A DNA stretch of 64,000 bases from Antedon mediterranea (Eukaryota; Animalia; Echinodermata), in contig NC_092673.1 in the NCBI RefSeq assembly GCF_964355755.1, positions 26,409,648-26,473,647 of the forward strand. The letters run 5' to 3'. Below, one piece after another: positions 59,801 to 64,000 of the stretch. Position 1 is the first letter of the stretch. The number at the start of each line of letters is the position of its first letter. The position numbers and the translations under genes are program-made. Under the pieces are notes generated by a model. That model had not been told where the DNA came from, did no database searches, and was given only the letters and a program-made list of their open reading frames with translations.

Positions 59801-62800
59801 AAGGTATTAACCACTTTTGATCACAATTTGAATCGCAAATTTCTTACTGTGAGTGTTGGTACTGTTAGATGTAATATAAAAATATATACAAATAAACTTT
59901 ATTACTGTGAGTGTGGGTAGGCCCTACTGTTAGATTATAAACATATAATATACAAATAAATAAATGTTATTACTGACAGTTGCTTCTCAACGTTTGTATT
60001 AATTAATAATTTAAAAATATATAAACGTCGTAGTGGTGTACTTTACTATTTCAATCGACTATGACAGTGAGAGTTTTAACAAAGTACCGTATTAAATCGT
60101 AAATGTTTTACTGTATTTAGTGGTATATTATTTATAGGCCTATAAAACATTAAAAACAATATTTTGTTACTGAGTGGATAAGAATATATTTTAAAATGTT
60201 TCCTCTTTGTACCCATCTTCTTCCCCCATCCCTCAACCCTTAATGTTACATACAAAACACAAATTGGGTTTGTTTAAATGAGTCCAAATAAAAATATTTG
60301 ACTCATTTTGTTTTTCTCTCGGAAGTAATTCCCAGGGTGCTAATTTTGGTTGACTACATAAATCATTGTGTATATTTATTCGTTTCTGTAAACGACAATA
60401 TGTATTATAGTCCTGCGGTACGTACACTGTTTGAAATCTCCATTTTTTTCTCGCTGGAAATACTGTGTATTCGAGAACCATCTGTGGGCACGACCTAGAT
60501 GGTACGCGAGCGAAGCGAGCGTGCCATCTAGTATATATAATAAACAAAGAAGAACATTATTGGAAGACCTTAAAATTGTTAAATATCTTTAAAAAAGTGT
60601 CCACTAAATGGGTGTTGGCAATAGTCTTAAAACATTTATTTCCCTTCATTTGTTTCATAGGGGCTATGGAAGCATCCCAATCTCCTAGCTCATTGTTGTT
60701 TACGGAATAGATAGTTTCACATTCAAACACATTCAGCTTCATATTCCCTCTTGGACTTGTATCATCAAAGTTCAATCAATCTTACAAAAATATTGAAACT
60801 ATCAATGAAATCCTTGGTGTATTGAATACCTTTATGTGCATTCAGCAGCGGGCAACAACAATATCTGGTTTTTGGCCTTAACTTGTACATACATGTACTT
60901 TTACAAATCTTACCGTTTTTGCTAAATAATGTTTGTAATGTTGTACTGTAGTACTACTATGTTTTAAAAAGTTAGTTATAAACACAAAGTCAACTAACTT
61001 AAATTTCATTAATTCATGTGAAATTGTGCCTTAAGTTACCTAGCCCAGTGCCTCTAAACTCAATAAATTAACATAATCAGTATTATCTTCCTTGTACCCA
61101 TTTTACCTCCTTGGTAAATACATCAACAGAACTTGAGCTCTGTCTACACTATCACATCTTATGTGACACCAAATGTGATGTGCCCAAATATGGACACAAT
61201 GATGATATATCACTACCATATTTGGGCACATCACACTTTTTTGTCAAACTTTAGAAAGTTGCCTCCTTTTGTAACTTGGAGTATTAAAACTGTAACATTT
61301 CTATGCCTAAATGAATGTCAAACCAAGTTTATACTGTAGGTCAAAAATGCACAGCAAAAGTGAAAACACATTTTAAATTGATAAAATGATTTATTGCATT
61401 ATTTTGACTCAAACTTAAATTTACAATGTGGTAACAATTTTTCAACACGTAAGTTATATAACTTTGTGATTTATTAATGTTTTGATTAAAGCTTTTGAAT
61501 CAATAAATCACATTAATGTAACAATTATTATACTTACAAATGAACTTAAATACTAAATCACATAAAAAAACATTTTTTAAGACCACCAAACATAATTTTA
61601 AACACTAACAATCAACAACTTGTTAACCACAAATAACCAAAAGGTTGTGACTTAAATATTTTAAATGTAAAACACAAGTACATACCATCATGAATCTCAC
61701 TGAATGCATACTTTGTAGTAAATAACATTCTCTTGGTGGTTTTTCCGGTCTTTTAAACATTTTAAATGTGAGATTGATAATTGGAATGCCATCATGTTCA
61801 CTTCTTAATACGTCATTACCAACTCTATTTGGATGGGTTAGCTCATACCCAGTAAAACTGAATTTCTAATAATTTTTATTTTTACCAAATTTCAAAGATT
61901 AAATGCTTTCTCATGCCAATCCAAATTTATTTGGAAATTCATTGGTCACTTTTATGTTGCACATACGGTTGACTGAAATTTATTTTTATTTGCAAACATA
62001 ATCTTTAATTTTTCAGAGGCTACGCCAAGCGTACTGTGATCAGTTCTCTGGAGGCTACATCTCTGTATCGTTACCGATTACGTGTTACCAATGATCATGG
62101 GTCTAGTGAGTTTAGTCCAGTAGTCACAGTCTCAACAACAAGTAAGTTGTCAACTTACTTTTGTTACATCTGCATAATCTTTTCAGCTAAATAAATTTTT
62201 TTATAGTATTAATGCGAAATAATATTTTTCTGTTTTATTGAGATGTTTCTTGTTCCAACAAAGTGTATAAAATAGAAGACTAGAACAGTATCATACACAA
62301 GATGTTAGTCGTTAAATTTCGTAATAGGGATCTTTCGATTTGCAATGACCTACGACCTACGCATTAATGCATCATTGATCATGGATCTGGACTTTGAAAC
62401 CATCAAAACTTCCCTGAATACGCACAATGCATTAGCACGTCCTAACTTGAGTCGTTTGTCGTCTCAAACCGATAGCTCCCTCATATCCATTAAATACTGT
62501 AGGCTTTTATGCAATCATTTCTGAAATATGTATAAATTTAGAAAATTAATGAATGTATTTTTCAGAGGAGCCATTGACTGCTGATCATCTTCATAGAGCC
62601 ATCTTGTTGACTGTTGATATAGACAAGGTAATTGCTGTGTTAGAAACTGGTGAAGTCTGGGTAGATACACCTGATAAGTTTGGGTTCACACCTTTGATGA
62701 ACGCTGCACAGAAAGGACACAAAGAGTAAGTCAATAGACATACAATAGTGATATTAAGTTTTTGTTAATATTAATAATATTTTTAACCAGCTAAACTGAG

Positions 62801-63675
62801 ATTGGCTAAACTGGTTTTGCAATGGCATGGGAAGTAGATATTAACCAAGTAAATTGACAGGTTATCTACTAATCATAAATAATTTTGCAAAACCATTAGC
62901 ATTTCATTTCATTATTTATTCGATCTATTTCAGTATATACATAAGAAACAAAAAACTGAAATTGGGAAGACCAGGGTCAACCTAAGTGAACTTAATCACT
63001 GTAGCTGAGCCGGTTGACCCAACGCCAAAGTCAGTTTACACATAAAAGACATAAAGACAAGATACAGTTAAAGCGAATCAAAATGAATGTGAATTTTTCT
63101 AATGAAGGCTAATGGGCTTTCTAGTACTGCAGCATAAATTAGTAAAACCATAAAGTTTAATCATCATCATCTTTCTATACTGTGCAGAAGCTTTTTTTAG
63201 TTCAGTCACACATGGTTTGGTCACATTTATGGAGACCTACTAGATAATTAGTAATAGATGATTAGGAATCCTGTCTCTGCCTCGTTTTGTGTGTTTTCTT
63301 CTTCTTTGTCCACGTTTTTTATATTGTATTTTTATGGGTAAAAAAATAAATGAAATTTATGTAGATGAGCTTCCTAATTTCTTCCTTAAATCTGTTCCTC
63401 ATTATTCTAAATTTGATCAATTGAGAGATTTTTCTTTCTACAGCATCGTAAAAGTTTTAATAGAGTATGGAGCTGATGTGAATGCACAAACCAGTAGTGG
63501 TAAGGACGCCCTCATGCTAACATGTTTTGTAGGCCACCTTGATGTTGTAAAGATATTGAGACAGCATGGAGCTAAGTGGACAGTGGCTGACAAAGGAGGG
63601 TCTACTGCTATACATTGGGCAGTGGACGGTGGTAACACAGAGCTATTACGATGGATGATAAGAGATGGAGCTGAT
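53875..63675 (+). CDS. FANK1: Fibronectin type III and ankyrin repeat domain protein 1, 5' five exons (continues past window)
   Basis: Exons 53875-53881, 54395-54560 ([16 protein letters not shown]), 62017-62141 ([34 protein letters not shown]), 62566-62725 ([26 protein letters not shown]), 63444-63675 ([35 protein letters not shown]); N-terminal FN3 followed by ankyrin repeats. Confidence 0.93.
57685..57810 (+). mobile_element. MITE family A copy
   Basis: AGCTCTGTCTACACTA ... GTTTGATAGTGTAGACATAGCT. Confidence 0.8.
58188..58377. mobile_element. hAT-like MITE with 8-bp TSD
   Basis: ATTGCAAT|CAGTGGCGTAAC ... GTTACGCCACTG|ATTGCAAT. Confidence 0.9.
58981..60531 (+). mobile_element. Non-autonomous Helitron
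   Basis: A|TCTATATATA 5' end; 3' GC-rich hairpin (CTAGATGGTACGC..GCGTGCCATCTAG, 60495-60531) ending CTAG|T; internal 262-bp tandem duplication. The 5' boundary is less certain than the 3'. Confidence 0.75.
61136..61250 (-). mobile_element. MITE family A copy, one TIR truncated
   Basis: AGCTCTGTCTACACTATCA ... ATCACTACCATATTTGGGCACATCACAC..TTGTCAAACT. Confidence 0.8.
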
Positions 63676-64000
63676 GTACGTAATAGGAGTACAGCTCCTT
63701 TATTGCTGTACCATATCTTTTCAAAGTGTAGTAACTACATCTGGAAATAAGGACCAAGTGACGTAATGCAGAGAGCAGTGCCACACGGCAAATAACTATC
63801 TTTTTAACTATCTATCATTCTGAGGCTTGGAGAGTGTAGTTAGTTAGTTATTCATACTTGCTTTGTATACCCAGCTATTATGCAAATCTAAAACACATTT
63901 GCTTCTAGTAATCAGGTTTTCAACAAAATCTGATATTTATAATTGATTTTACAAAGTAGGAGAAGTATTCTGGACTTCAAAATTGGTGATGGTGTTTTGG

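Overview
AT-rich, intron-containing animal genomic DNA. It looks like a marine invertebrate, possibly an echinoderm, but that is inference only. All protein-coding genes are on the + strand: two tandem paralogous RI-type LRR genes (3' end of one at 2-844; a death-fold-like/basic micro-exon/LRR gene at 4900-7673, preceded by a CCAAT/CRE/NF-kB/YY1 motif cluster), a complete 26-exon SMC3 cohesin gene (11017-34626), a complete 12-exon lysyl-oxidase-like gene with 4 SRCR domains (42644-52596) and the 5' part of FANK1 (53875 to window end). A tRNA-Ala(AGC) lies on the - strand just upstream of SMC3. Non-coding DNA carries many non-autonomous DNA transposons (Harbinger-, hAT-, pogo- and Kolobok-like MITEs, a Helitron, a Helentron/HINE-like element), SINE fragments and minisatellites, including a 59-bp x 58 array inside SMC3. 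Most notable: (1) LRR genes built from 177-bp modules with near-invariant scaffolds and hypervariable ligand-face codons and no NACHT domain; (2) a minimal hammerhead ribozyme motif antisense in a GC-AG intron of SMC3; (3) a 64-bp near-perfect hairpin in the SMC3 3' UTR. Exon coordinates were read by hand and no database searches were run.
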